DNA of 63,581 nt, filler included, from Pirum gemmata (GCA_002812295.1; 30 parts of 30 records of this genome joined end to end with filler, not necessarily neighbours in it), one strand, 5' to 3'. Counted from the whole stretch's first letter, positions 12,987 through 25,480 are shown. Translations and numbers: made by a program. The notes: generated from the sequence alone by a model not told the origin.

Positions 12987-14225
12987 TTACAAGTTTCTTC
13001 TCTGTCTGTGCACCAACATAGCTTTTGACAAGTCAAAGGCAATACCATGAAGTGTTGCATTAAATAAATTGGCCAATCTTGCTTTTTTCAGGTATTTTTC
13101 AGCCAATAATATGTCTCCACTTTTAAGAAAACCAGCACTTATTCCACCGAAAGTGTAAGCGTTCGGGACCAATCCATTTCGTTCTATCTCGCCATAGAAA
13201 AACTCAGCTTGTTCGGATTTTCCACATCTAGCACAATTGGACGCTAATATACTGTAAGTGTACAAGTCAGGTTTTATTCCTAACTCTGTCATTTCCTTAT
13301 AAAATCCCATAGCTGTATCATAATTCTTATTTTTAAACGATCCATCAATGATAACATTATAAATACGTTCATTTTCGAACAATTTTCCTTCTGCTTTCAT
13401 GCCATTAAATATTTCTAAAGCCAACTCAAAATGATAATTTTTACAAAATCCATCAATCACGCAGTTGTAAAAAGCATAATCCAATTCTACGCCAGAATTT
13501 TCCATTTCTTCAATGAAATCGATTATTAAAGAGGTCTTTTTCACTTTCATAGCACCTTTAATTAATGATGTGTACGTTATTGTGTCACACGATATACAGC
13601 CACTTTTTTTCATTTCCTCCATATAACTAAATGCTTCATCGATTTGGTCAGTTTTGATACAAGCATTAATAAGGGAGTTGTATAAACTAGTAGTAAACTG
13701 AACATTACTGCTCTTTAATATTGTGACATAGTCATGAATTAGTCTGTGGCTTTCCACCGACTGCACTAAAATTTGAAAAACATAACTGTGTAAACTCCTT
13801 TCATGTTTTATCTCCTCACACTTAGATCCTTCGAAAGCCTTTCTTACGAGCTCAAGTGTTTCTGGATACAATTTATTTTGTTGGTACACATTAAGTAAAC
13901 TAAGCAAAAGAGGAAAAGTGATTTCCACGTTATAGATTTGTATTTCATGTGAATACTTCATGGCAAGAGGAGATCCGGGCCTATACTTTTTAAGTAGTTT
14001 CAAAATTAAATTATATAATTCAGATGAATGGATACCTTGATTCCTTGATTCTTCAAAAATCAATAGTGCTTTTTCAGAATTTCCAATTTGATGATAACCT
14101 TTGATAACGACAGAAACCAAATTTTCATCAAATATCTTACTTCCACCCTCCTTACAGCACTCAAACAGCGATAACCAGTTGTTATATTTCCATAAATTTT
14201 TTTTCGAAAACATTTTTTTTAAAGC
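12987..14225 (-). CDS. Pentatricopeptide repeat (PPR) protein, long terminal exon
   Basis: Tandem ~35-aa PPR motifs (YNSLINACIKTDQIDEAFSYMEEMKKSG, YTSLIKG, YNCVIDGFCK..FELALEIFNGMK, KPDLYTYSIL, PNAYTF). The frame extends to an AG acceptor at 14226; TAA stop. Confidence 0.95.
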   Translation of the reverse strand, partial: ALKKMFSKKNLWKYNNWLSLFECCKEGGSKIFDENLVSVVIKGYHQIGNSEKALLIFEESRNQGIHSSELYNLILKLLKKYRPGSPLAMKYSHEIQIYNVEITFPLLLSLLNVYQQNKLYPETLELVRKAFEGSKCEEIKHERSLHSYVFQILVQSVESHRLIHDYVTILKSSNVQFTTSLYNSLINACIKTDQIDEAFSYMEEMKKSGCISCDTITYTSLIKGAMKVKKTSLIIDFIEEMENSGVELDYAFYNCVIDGFCKNYHFELALEIFNGMKAEGKLFENERIYNVIIDGSFKNKNYDTAMGFYKEMTELGIKPDLYTYSILASNCARCGKSEQAEFFYGEIERNGLVPNAYTFGGISAGFLKSGDILLAEKYLKKARLANLFNATLHGIAFDLSKAMLVHRQRRNL

Positions 14226-15216
14226 CTATGATAAAATTAAAGATGATTAATGCATACTCAGTAATGACTACTTCTGTTGCTTACATTAACAAACAATTCA
14301 CTTCCAGTATTAATGTCATCTTCAAAATTATTTTATTGACTTCCAAGAAAAAAAAGAAAGGTTGGTAGGTTTGTCATAAAATGATAAATGATAANNNNNN
14401 NNNNNNNNNNNNNNNNNNNNNNNNNNNNNNNNNNNNNNTTAATTAATTAANNNNNNNNNNNNNNNNNNNNNNNNNNNNNNNNNNNNNNNNNNNNTAATAA
14501 TAATAATAATAATATTATGAATATTAATAATAATAACAACACATTTTTAAACAGTATACTATTATGCGCACACTACACGCGCAATATATTATAAAAATGA
14601 TAATATAGAACTAATAATACTATAGTACGTAGTTAATATAATACTATATATAATTTAATATTAATTAATATGAATTCGAATGATAGATTCTAAACCTAAT
14701 CCCTAACTCCCTAACCCTAAAGGACTGTAACTCTCAAGGCCCTCTTACCCTAACTCAAACCATGTATATAATATATTATTATGACCATTTTATAATATTA
14801 ATTAATATATAACATTAATATTATTAATTAAATGAAAGCTTATTATTATAATAAGGTCCCTAACGTTAACCCTTACTCTTTACCTTAATTAACCGTTAGG
14901 GTTAGGGTTAGGGTTAAGATTATAAATTAGGGTATAAATTAGGGTTAGGGTACTGGTTAACGTACGCGGTTAGGGTTAGAGTTAGGGTTAGGGTTAGGGT
15001 TAAGGGGGTTCTAGCTATAGAGCTCGAGTTAATGTACTTGTTATAACTAGGGTTAGGGTTAGGTATAGGGTTACGGGTTAGATTTAGGGTTTAGGGTTAG
15101 GTTTAGGGTTAGGTTTGGGGTTAGGGTTAGGGTTAGGGTTAGGGTTAGGGTTAGGGTTGGGGTAAGGCTAGCTAGCTAGGGTTAGGGTTGACTCTTGAAG
15201 TACTGTTGAATTTATT

Positions 15217-15384
15217 TTGTCACTCTGAATATTTATTTGGTTGTTTATAATATTTAATTGGAGGTTTTTAAATTAATAAATAGATAATAAAATATACCAA
15301 ATTAAAAGAAATAGATTTATATAGTATTAATTTGGTACTCTTTATTGTATATTTTATGATGACAAAACAACTGAAACGCACGAT
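15217..15384 (+). mobile_element. Abundant ~170-bp interspersed family E (MITE-like)
   Basis: GTCACTCTGAATATTTATTTGG...ATACCAAATTAAA...GTATTAATTTGGTAC...TTATGATGACAAAAC. Copies at ~3238-3525 (split by family B), 3527-3675(-), 9080-9200, 9243-9390, 15877-16050(-), 30285-30443, 45812-45935(-) and 59899-60055. The 15877-16050 copy has inverted ends ATCGTGCTTTTCA / TGAAAAGCACAAT. Confidence 0.85.
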
Positions 15385-15457
15385 AGTCTACTAGCTAGCT
15401 AGCTAGTAGTCTAATAATGTTGACTGGTGATTGGAATGTGAGTCAATCAGCCCTCTA

Positions 15458-15688
15458 AGTAGGGGTGAGATGACGTCATTTTATTATAACCGAACAGCTG
15501 CCAGAACTTTTCCGATTTTTATGGTTTTATTACTATTAATGTTAATATTAATACTTTAATTGGTATCTACTATAATTAGATATACTATTTAAGCTATTTC
15601 ACTGCTATTATTAGTAAAGAAGACCGAACTAAGATTGGCTCGATAAGCATCTGTTCGAAAAAAGTTCCAGTAGATATCTCACCCTACT
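15458..15688 (+). mobile_element. MITE family A
   Basis: TIRs AGTAGGGGTGAGAT / ATCTCACCCTACT; perfect 8-bp TSD GCCCTCTA (15450-15457, 15689-15696). Confidence 0.92.
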
Positions 15689-16266
15689 GCCCTCTATTTA
15701 TAATAATTATCCTGTAATAGATCTCCTGATCAGCAACACATACTTGAAATTTTTTTGGAGGAGTGAGAGTAGATGTTGAATGACGTTTTGCCTGACAAAA
15801 AAAGTATAACAAATATAGTTCGAAAAAAGATCGAGTCGTTCAGTGATGCGAAAGTTTATATTAAACACAGCGTACATCGTGCTTTTCAGTTATTCTGTTG
15901 TCATAAAATTTACAATAAAAAGCACCAAATTAATATAATGTAAATCCATTTCATTTAATTTGGTATATTTTATTATATATTGATCTATTTAAAAGTATCA
16001 ATTTAAATATTACAAGCAACCATATAAATATTTGGAGTGAAAAGCACAATAGACTATGTAGTCTAGACTATGCTAATGCTTTAAAAAAAAAATAAAGAAT
16101 GAAAAAGAATGTTCGAAAAAGCAAGCCAAAGTTTTTTTTTAATAANAAAAAAAAAATAATAAAACAAATAAAAAAAACTTAAAAAAAATTTTTTTTTAAT
16201 AAGATTTTTTTTTTTTGATCAATGGTCAATAACAAACAAAGGATTTTTTTGTTTTTTTTTAATAGT

Positions 16267-16493
16267 CAAGCCGGATAAAACTGTAGAAATCTTTTTTTTT
16301 AGACTTCTTTTCGAAAAACCTTTAATTATGACTAGCCAAATTATTATTAAAAACTGGTTATTGGTCCTTAATAGACTTTTTTATTATAATAATTCTCAAA
16401 AACTTGGTAGTACTTTTTTAAACATTGTATCATTTTGCGATTTTTTGCATTTTTGAGTTCATATGGCTGTTGTCGCCATTTTTATCCGGCTTG
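16267..16493 (+). mobile_element. MITE family G
   Basis: Perfect 14-bp TIR CAAGCCGGATAAAA / TTTTATCCGGCTTG; homologous copy at 23238-23458, partial copy at ~8670-8750. Confidence 0.85.
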
Positions 16494-16730
16494 GTAAGTA
16501 AAAAAAAAAAANNNNNNNNNNNNNNNNNNNNNNNNNNNNNNNNNNNNNNNNNNNNTTAATTAATTAANNNNNNNNNNNNNNNNNNNNNNNNNNNNNNNNN
16601 NNNNNNNNNNNTATTGAAATTATTGTTGGATTTTACATGTTGGATGTTATTATTGATGTTGGTATTGGGATTGTTATTATTATCTCCTATATTGTTGCCT
16701 TTGTTAATTATTATCATTGGCATAAAATAG

Positions 16731-17210
16731 ATACACCTACGTTTGTTACCAGTCTTTGCGCCGAACTATTTCCCGAACCCGAACCCGAACCTGAACCCGA
16801 ACCGGAACCCGAACCCGAACCCGAACCCGAACCCGAACCCGAACCCGAACGTCAATCCGAGCCAAAACAAGAACCTGTTAAAAGTCGGAAAATTCAAAGC
16901 GTAACTTTTAACGGCGGCGGTGGTGGTGGGCATGGTGGTTATAATGAATATGATAATTATAATGATAATAACAATAACAATAGTAACTATGATAATTATC
17001 GTAATAGCAATAATCGGAACGATAATTACCGAAACGATAGAGGTCGTGGTCGTGGTCGTGGTCGTGGTAATAACGATAATCGAGGGGGGGGATTTGAACA
17101 ACGCAGCCAAGGTAGGGGTGTTTATGGGAATGGTGATAATTATGACCCTTATCAACAACCAATAAGGCAAGCTAGTGACTACTTTGGAAAAAGATTACAA
17201 TTGAATCGGG
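16731..17210 (+). CDS. Internal exon of an RG-rich RNA-binding protein (possibly RBM26/27-like)
   Basis: AG acceptor at 16730, GT donor at 17211; DTPTFVTSLCAELF (PWI-end-like), (PE)n, N/Y-rich and RGRGRGRG segments. Confidence 0.55.
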
Positions 17211-17352
17211 GTATTTATTATCATTATTATTACTTATTACTTATTACTTATTACTTATTACTTATTACTTATTACTTATTACTTATTACTTATTACGTAT
17301 TACTTACTACTTATTACTTATTACTTATTACTTATTACTTATTACTTATTAC

Positions 17353-17403
<51 letters not shown>

Positions 17404-17420
17404 GTTGAGGGTGTACATAC

Positions 17421-17762
17421 CATTTTAAGGTTAGGTGACATTGCCATTCTTTCAGCAGTTATATAAGCAGGGTAAAATGGTTGAGAAATAACTATGTCAG
17501 CATCTTTCATTTCTCTTTCAAATTCACAATTTTCACCATCTTTATCATGAGTAACAACCAAAGTATGACCGTTTGATTCCAAATATTTTCGTAACCCAAG
17601 CTCACCTGAAACACACCCGAGTAATTCTCCTGGAGTAAAATCGATGCCTTTAGGTGTAGGGGCAGTTTGTCCATCAGCATATCCTGTTATTTTTGGAACA
17701 TCGTCACGTGCATATTTAGGTGGGAAACCACTTTCTGGGTCTTTGTATAATGCACAAACAAT
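17421..17762 (-). CDS. fdh: NAD-dependent formate dehydrogenase, bacterial-type N-terminus (one exon)
   Basis: IVCALYKDPESGFPPKYARDDVPKITGYADGQTAPTPKGIDFTPGELLGCVSGELGLRKYLESNGHTLVVTHDKDG...DADIVISQPFYPAYITAERMAMSPNLKM; 342-nt exon bounded by AG and GTATGT. Confidence 0.95.
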
Positions 17763-17999
17763 CTAAATAGATTTTAACAAGAAGACAATAAGTAAATCAT
17801 GGATTAAAAACAGAAAAAAAATAAAAATAAGAATAAAAAAAACACTTGCCAATGAAAGTGTTAATAGAAAAACAAAGATAAAAGATAAAAAAAATAAAAT
17901 AAGCAGCATTTTTTTAGCACCACGAACAATGAAACACAGAGGAAGAAAATAAAAATGGTATCTATAAGTTCAACAATAACATGGCAGCAACAAACCAAA

Positions 18000-18626
18000 C
18001 CGAAACTAACCAAAACAAAGTAACCAAAACAAAACTAACCAAAAACAAAACTAACCAAAAACAAAACTAACCCAAAACAAACCTAACCCAAAACAAAACT
18101 AACCCAAAACAAACCTAACCCAAAACAAAATTAACCCAAAACAAAACTAACCCAAAACAAAACTAACCCAAAACAAAACTAACCCAAAAAAAAAAACTAA
18201 CCCAAAACAAAACTAACCCAAAACAAAACTAACCCAAAAAAAAACTACCCCAAAAAAAAACTACCCCAAAAAAAAACTAACCCAAAACAAAACTAACCCA
18301 AAACAAAAACTAACCCAAAACAAAACTAACCCAAAACAAAACTAACCCAAAACCAACCAAAAAAAACCGATTTTAAAACAAAACTGATTTTAAAACAAAA
18401 CTGATTTTAAAACAAAACTGATTTTTAAAAACAAAAACTGATTTTAAAAACAAAACAAAAACCGATTTTTAAAACAAAACTGATTTTAAAACAAAACTGA
18501 ATTTAAAAAAGAAAACTGAATTTAAAAAAGAAAAGTGATTTTTAAAACAAAACTGATTTTTAAAACAAAACTGATTTTTAAAAACAAAACTGATTTTTAA
18601 AAACAAAACTGATTTTTAAAAACAAA
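18000..18626 (+). repeat. Compound minisatellite: (AAAACAAAACTAACCC)n, then (AAAACAAAACTGATTTT)n
   Basis: 16-18-bp units with an abrupt switch at ~18365. Confidence 0.9.
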
Positions 18627-19441
18627 NNNNNNNNNNNNNNNNNNNNNNNNNNNNNNNNNNNNNNNNNNNNTTAATTAATTAANNNNNNNNNNNNNNNNNN
18701 NNNNNNNNNNNNNNNNNNNNNNNNNNATTATTATTATTATTATTGTAAGTGATTTGTTAATGTTAATGTCATTGTTATTGTTGATATTGTTGATATTGTT
18801 GTTAAGTATTTAATTTTATAAGATTTCGAAAAGAAAAGCTTTAGCTCCAAGTTGCATTTGAAAAAATCAGATTAAAACTAAGTTTTCGTGTTTTTCAACT
18901 CGATTTCAAGCTCAGTTTTATAAAAAAGATAATTTCCTAATAGCGCAAACTTCGGTGTGAATTTTTTGCAGCTCGGTGTCAAGTTCGATTTTATAAAACG
19001 GTAAGGCTAGATAATTTGGATAATTTTCACCTAGATTCAAGCTCGGTTTTATAAAAACGCAAAAGTAACCCTAACCCTAACCCCTAACCTCTAACCCTAA
19101 CCCAAAACTATAATTCAACTATCATCTAGGTTGACTTCCAATCCTAACCCTAACCCCTAACCCCTAACCCTAGCCCAAAACTATAATTCAACCATCATCT
19201 AGGTTGGCTTCCAATATATGTATTGTGTTATATTTTTTTCGATTTTTCTGCTTCTTCTTGTTGTTCGAAGTGATATTCTAAACTCTCTTTTGCTCGAACT
19301 ACTTTGGATTGAAGGTAAAAAGAACCTCCAGTGGCTTTTTCGTTTACTTTATATAGATGTTCGTAGTTCTATTTTAATAATAATAATTATTATTTATTAT
19401 TATTAGTATTATTATTAATATTAGTATTAGTATTAGTATTA

Positions 19442-19480
<39 letters not shown>

Positions 19481-19761
19481 TATTATTATTATCATTATTA
19501 CTATTTTGATTGCGATTGTGATTGTGATTGTGATTATGATTATGGTGGTGATTATGGTTGAAATTGTGATTGTGATTGTGATTGTGATTGTGATTGTGAT
19601 TGTGATTGTGACTGTGACTGTATTTGTGTTTGTGTTTGTGAATGTGAATGTGAATGTGATAACTATTGTTACAGTTACTGTATCTCTATAAGCCTTTTAA
19701 GAAAAAATAACTTTCTATGGTAATAATAATAATGCTATATGATTTTATTGTTCCTTTTAAG

Positions 19762-20512
19762 TTTTTGCAAATGTGTTTGTACGACAATCGAAAAATTCAG
19801 CTGTTATTGTGTGGTATGAAAAAATCTATGGAAATCTATAAAGGCAACGTTGGTTGTGCACTAATTGCAGGTGTATTAAAAGGTATTTTTTTAAAAAAAA
19901 TGAATAGTGCAATTTTGAAAGTTTAACCATCTGTTTTTACTTATCATAGATTTTAATAACCCCTTCACCTAACCCCGACTCACCCCTAACGCAACCCCAA
20001 CCCCAATCCTTAACCTAACCCCAACCCTAGCACCTAACCCTAACAACACCTAACCCTAGCAGCTAACCCTTAACCCCAACTTTTAACCTTAACGCTTAAA
20101 CTAACTCCTAACTAATAATAATAATAATAATAATTGGTTTGCTTTTTTTTTTGTTTTTTGCTTTGTTACCCCACATCTGGACCCTTATGTATTGTGTGAA
20201 TAAAAAATAGCCAACGCTGGATCCCTGGTTGCTTTTTTGGACGCAAAGTATATCAGAAAACCAAGAAATCAAAAATCATGGGAAGAGCATTTGAAATGTG
20301 CTGCGCCATTGGTTGTGTTAGGATTGATAAATGCAGTTGTTTTGCATTTTGGCGAGCCATTCAATACGAAATTAGATATTCCTATTATGAAAGATGTAAT
20401 TAAGGATCATGAGCTTACTGTGGTTGATGTGGCTAAGTGTGCTTTGGTTGGATTTACTGTTTTGCACTCCTTTTTGATTTGTAGAAACGAGTATTTCAAG
20501 AAACGAAAATAA
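19762..20512 (+). CDS. Membrane protein 3' exons, TRIC/TMEM38-like (19762-19882, 20211-20512)
   Basis: In-frame splice gives ...LLCGMKKSMEIYKGNVGCALIAGVLK|ANAGSLVAFLDAKYIRKP, then two hydrophobic helices; spacing resembles TMEM38 (IAVGIHHA..MIATGWVKGSGVAL). A putative upstream exon (19203-19314) does not join cleanly. Confidence 0.4.
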
Positions 20513-21880
20513 AAGGGAAAAGAAATGTTTTGTAGTAACCCCTCCGATAATAATAACAAGTTACAAGCTTTTTGTTATAAGAGGGAATTTTAAACAAAAG
20601 AGCACAACTATAAAGACCACAAAGAACAGCAAGTCCATCAACAGTAACAGCAACAGACAACAACAGACAACAACAACAGACAACAACAACAGACAACAAC
20701 AACAGACAACAACAACAGACAACAACAACAGACAACAACAAAAGACAACAACAACANAATAATATATATAATTTAATATTATGCAATACGTATATAAAAT
20801 TTAATATGTATTACTACTAATTATATATAACGACCAATTAATAGTACTTTTATATATAATTCGAGCTTTTAAAAGCTTCTGTGTTGTCTATTATAACCTG
20901 CGTAGAGCTATGTAGTCACGCGAGGTCCACACCTATACGTTTCTTGATGTATTATATTGATAATGAAACAAAGATTGGTGGCAAATCAAACGATGAAAAC
21001 CGGCGATATAACGTATTACAAAGCATACTATCATAAATATAATAATATTATCATATTTTAATTAATATCATAGTACCTGGTAATGGATAGCTACTACTAT
21101 TAGCTAGTCTACAATCGATACTGATAGTCTAGTTTGAGGGGGTTTGCAAAAAAACACCACCTCCTCCCGACCCCACTCACCCCCTCTCGAGTAGACTATC
21201 AGAGCCTACTACTAGCTATCATAGTCTATCAGAGAACAGTCAAAGAACCCATGTAGCTAGCTAGCTAGCTAGACCCCTGTGTAAGTAAAGTGTAGCTATC
21301 GATACTAGCTAGACTGCTACAACGCTACTACACTGGTGTAAAGTGCCACCCACTGTAAACTGCCCCGTTAGGTAAACTGCCGTCCTTAGACCTCTAACTA
21401 ACTTGATTTATCGATAATCATACGGGTCTATAATCAATATTATCATAGACAGATAGACTACCGGTAATTTCGCTAATTTCGATAAGTTATCGATACCGGT
21501 AGCTAGCTAGCTATGATAGTCATTAGACTACTCCGCTCTAGCCGATTTAATGTTAAATAGACTAGACTACCGGTTTTTTTTCTAAAGTGAACACAATTTT
21601 TTTTTTTGAGAGGGAGAAATTAATAATGGTAAACTGCAAAAGTGACGTAATACTAATGAAGAACAACAAGAAAATTTCCCTCTCGTTTTTCTTTCTTTTT
21701 TTTTTTTTTTTTTTTTTTTTTTTNNNNNNNNNNNNNNNNNNNNNNNNNNNNNNNNNNNNNNNNNNNNTTAATTAATTAANNNNNNNNNNNNNNNNNNNNN
21801 NNNNNNNNNNNNNNNNNNNNNNNAATACAACAATACAACAATACAACAATACAGCAATACAACAATACAACAACAAAAAC

Positions 21881-21954
<74 letters not shown>

Positions 21955-23237
21955 TAATAATAACAACAAATAATTAAAATAAAACAACAACAATAACGAA
22001 GACAATATAGGTTAAACTATAAGTTAAACAAACGTGAACTATAATATTTAAAACCAAGGCAATGTTTGTTTTATGTTATCATTAGCTTTACAACTATTAT
22101 TATGGTAAATTATTATTGTTACACTATAACCATCAGCATAACAAAATTACCACAATAATAATGATAACAAAAAGATTTACAATGGTGAAAATTAAACTTT
22201 AGTTTAATGTTATATCAATAGCCTTACAATCACTATTGGGGTAAATTATTTTCGTTACACTATAACTACCAACATAATAAGATTTACAACAATAGCGATT
22301 CACAAAAAGGATTCGTTTAGGTTTAGGTTTAGGTTAGGTTTAGGTTAGGTTTAGGTTTAGGTTTAGGTTAGGTTTAGGTTTAGGTTTACGGTTAGGTTTA
22401 GGTTTAAATTTACGGTTAGGTTTAGGTTTAAATTTACGGTTAGAGTTAGGGTTAGGGTTTGGGTTAAGGGCAGGATTAAGGTTAAGGTTAGCGTTAGTGC
22501 TAGTGTTAGTGTTAGTGTCAGTGCTAGTGTTAGTGTTAGTGTTAGCATAAGCGTTAGCATTAGCGTTAGTTAGGGTTAGCGTTAGCGTTAGAGAAGGAAC
22601 AGCAGCGTTAGCGTTAGAGAAGGAACAGCAACGTTAGCGTTAGATACTGAACAGCATTAACCGCATTTTTTAAAATCTAGTGTTAGGATTAACGTTAGGG
22701 TTAGGGTTAGCGTTGGTTAGGTTAGGGTTAGAGAATGAACAGAACTAACCGCACTTTTTAATAGCGTGGGTCTCAAAAAAGACATGTTTGAAAAAATGAA
22801 TCAATCAATAAATCAATAAATAAATCAATAAAAATAATTAATTATTGTTTGTTAAACAAAGAGTATGGAGTATGAAAGAGAATTCGTTTTTTTGAGTTTT
22901 ATTATTATTGTTATATTATATTGATATTGTGAATAATAATAAAATTAAAAAAAACATTTGTTCTCCTGTCAGCGTTATTATTATTTTTTTATATAATTAT
23001 AGACTAATATCGCTAGACTAATATCGATGTAATTATATTACATTTGTAGACTAATCATCGAGGGCTAATCATTATAAACGGCGCCACATAGGGACCGTTC
23101 AAGAAGGACGTTATCTTTAGTAATCAAAAATGTTTTTTTTTTTTGTTGGTTTTGTTTTGTTTGTTGGTTTTTTTGAGGTTTTTTTTTTTTTTTTTTTTCA
23201 TTTTTTTTTTTTTTGTAACACTAGACCACCGGAATAC

Positions 23238-23458
23238 TGTTAGATAAAACTGTAGAAATCTTTTTTTTTTAGACTTCTTGAAAAACCTTCAATTATAACT
23301 AGCAAAATTATTATTAAAAAATGGCCATTGGTTCATAATAGTATTTTCATAGCTAAACTATTTCTGAAAATTTGATAGTACTTTCATTAAAATGGGAGGG
23401 TTTTAATATTTCGTCAGATTTTGAGCTCATATGGCGGATTTTGCAATTTTATCCGACA
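23238..23458 (+). mobile_element. MITE family G, second copy
   Basis: GATAAAACTGTAGAAATCTTTT...GAGCTCATATGGC...TTTTATCCG is homologous to 16267-16493. Confidence 0.8.
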
Positions 23459-24102
23459 TAGATGTTTAAAAAAAACTTATTATCAATCTACTATATGTAT
23501 ACATAGGGGTAGGGTGATAGGGTTTAGGGGTTTAATAGGGTTATAGGGGTTAGGGTTATAGGGATTAGGGTTATAGGGTTGGGGTTGGGTTATAAGGTTA
23601 GGGTTAGCTATAGAGTTAAAGGTAAAAAGTTAAAATTAAGGTTTAGGATAGGATCAGGGCTAATAGTGTTAGCAGTAGTAGGTTATATTAACCCAAACCT
23701 ACAACTTTAGCGTTAGCGTTGGGGTTAGCGCTAAGGTTAAGATTAAGGTTAGGGTTAGGGTTAGGATTAGTTAGGGTTTTAATAGAGAATGTATATATAC
23801 ATATATATNNNNNNNNNNNNNNNNNNNNNNNNNNNNNNNNNNNNNNNNNNNNTTAATTAATTAANNNNNNNNNNNNNNNNNNNNNNNNNNNNNNNNNNNN
23901 NNNNNNNNCAACAATAACAACAACAATAACAATAACAACAATAACAATAACAATAACAATAACAATAACAATAACAATAACACAATAACAATAACACAAT
24001 AACAATAACAATAATAACAATAACAATAACAATAATAACAATAAACAAAAAAAAATGAAAAAAAAAATAAAAGTTTATTAAAAAAAATATTACAAATAAT
24101 AT

Positions 24103-24489
24103 TTATTCGTAATTTTTCATTAAATCATCAATGAATTCTTGTTGATTTTTAAGTTGTTTGTACAAATTTTTAATTTCTTTCTTTTTAATTTCTTTCTTAG
24201 CCGAGGTAGGTTTAGGGTTAGGTTTAGGAGCAGTAAACTTAATAGTAACAGGACCTTTCAGAGGTGTAGTAGCTTTGGGTGTAGGGGACCTATGTCTTAC
24301 TTCTTGATCATACTTATGCGTGTTACATAAGTTGTTATTATTAACTACTTTTCGATGACATCTTTCATGTTTTCTTTTCCCTTTCGAATATATCCATGAA
24401 CATAGTTGACGAGACAGTGGTGGATCAATTTCAATAACATCATCATCATCTTTCTGATTATCATCATCATCTTTCTGATTATCATCATC

Positions 24490-24521
<32 letters not shown>

Positions 24522-24813
24522 GTTCATCTTCATCTTCATCTTCATCTTCATCTCTATCATGATGGAAGTTTCATAAGTTATTGTTATTTACAACTTTACG
24601 ATGACACCGTTCATGCTTTCTTTTTCCTGTGGAATATATCCATGAGCATAGTTGCCGAGATAGAGTTGGTTCATTGCTGACCTTTTTCATTTCATCATCA
24701 GAAAGAGAATTATAGCTTTCCATTTCTTCTATAAGATTTTCAATAAGGTAATCAGGTGCATAAAGTTTCAGTTCCTCAAGAAGAGTAGGATGTTTAATGA
24801 AAAGGTGACTCAT
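24103..24813 (-). pseudogene. Intronless 236-codon frame with two C3H zinc-finger-like repeats and one internal TGA
   Basis: Frame continues past TGA (24571-24573) through an acidic tract and a second repeat CSWIYSKGKRKHERCHRKVVNNNNLCNTH to TAA at 24103. Confidence 0.7.
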
Positions 24814-25074
24814 GTTTATTTAATTATTTAATTATTTAATTATTTAATTATTATTTAATTATTATTTAATATTTAATTATTTATATTTGTAGTTTTATAA
24901 AATTTATATTTTTTTTTTATTTATTTTTTTGCTTTTATACCTATTTTTTTTTAAAAAATAGGGTTAAAAAGAAACCTCATAGGGTTACAAAGAAACCTCA
25001 TAGGGTTACAAAGAAACCTCATTTTTTTTGTCTCATTTTTTAATAATAATAATAATAACAATAATAACAATAAC

Positions 25075-25480
25075 AAAGATAGCTATCTAGACTATGCGTA
25101 TGGTATTTTTTATAACCCAGATAACAATGTTAGTAGCTCAGTTAACCAGATGCCCTAGACTTTTTATAGCCCATAAACAATGTTTAGTAGCCTAAGTTAT
25201 GTAGATAGCTATCTAGACTATGTGTATGGTATTTTTTATAGTGCAGATAACAATGTTAGTAGCTCAGTTACCCAGATGCCCTAGACTATTTTTATAGCCT
25301 AAGTTCTGTAGATAGCTATTTTTTATAGTCCAGATAACAATGCTAGTATCAGTTACCCAGATAGCCTCTAGACTAGCCAGTTCTGTAGATAGCTATTTAG
25401 ACTAGCCAGTTCTGTAGATAGCTATCTAGACTATGTAGTATGGTCAGTTTACCCAGATAGCCTCTAGACTTTTTTTATAG
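25075..25480 (+). repeat. Complex tandem repeat with CTAG-rich units
   Basis: Recurrent GTAGATAGCTATCTAGACTATG, CAGATAACAATG.TAGTA and AGTTACCCAGAT.CC.TAGACT modules. Confidence 0.8.

Noticed and set aside
12987..17762. Functional gene cluster linking PPR, FDH and neighbours
   Set aside because: The genes lie on different concatenated contigs, so the adjacency is artificial.
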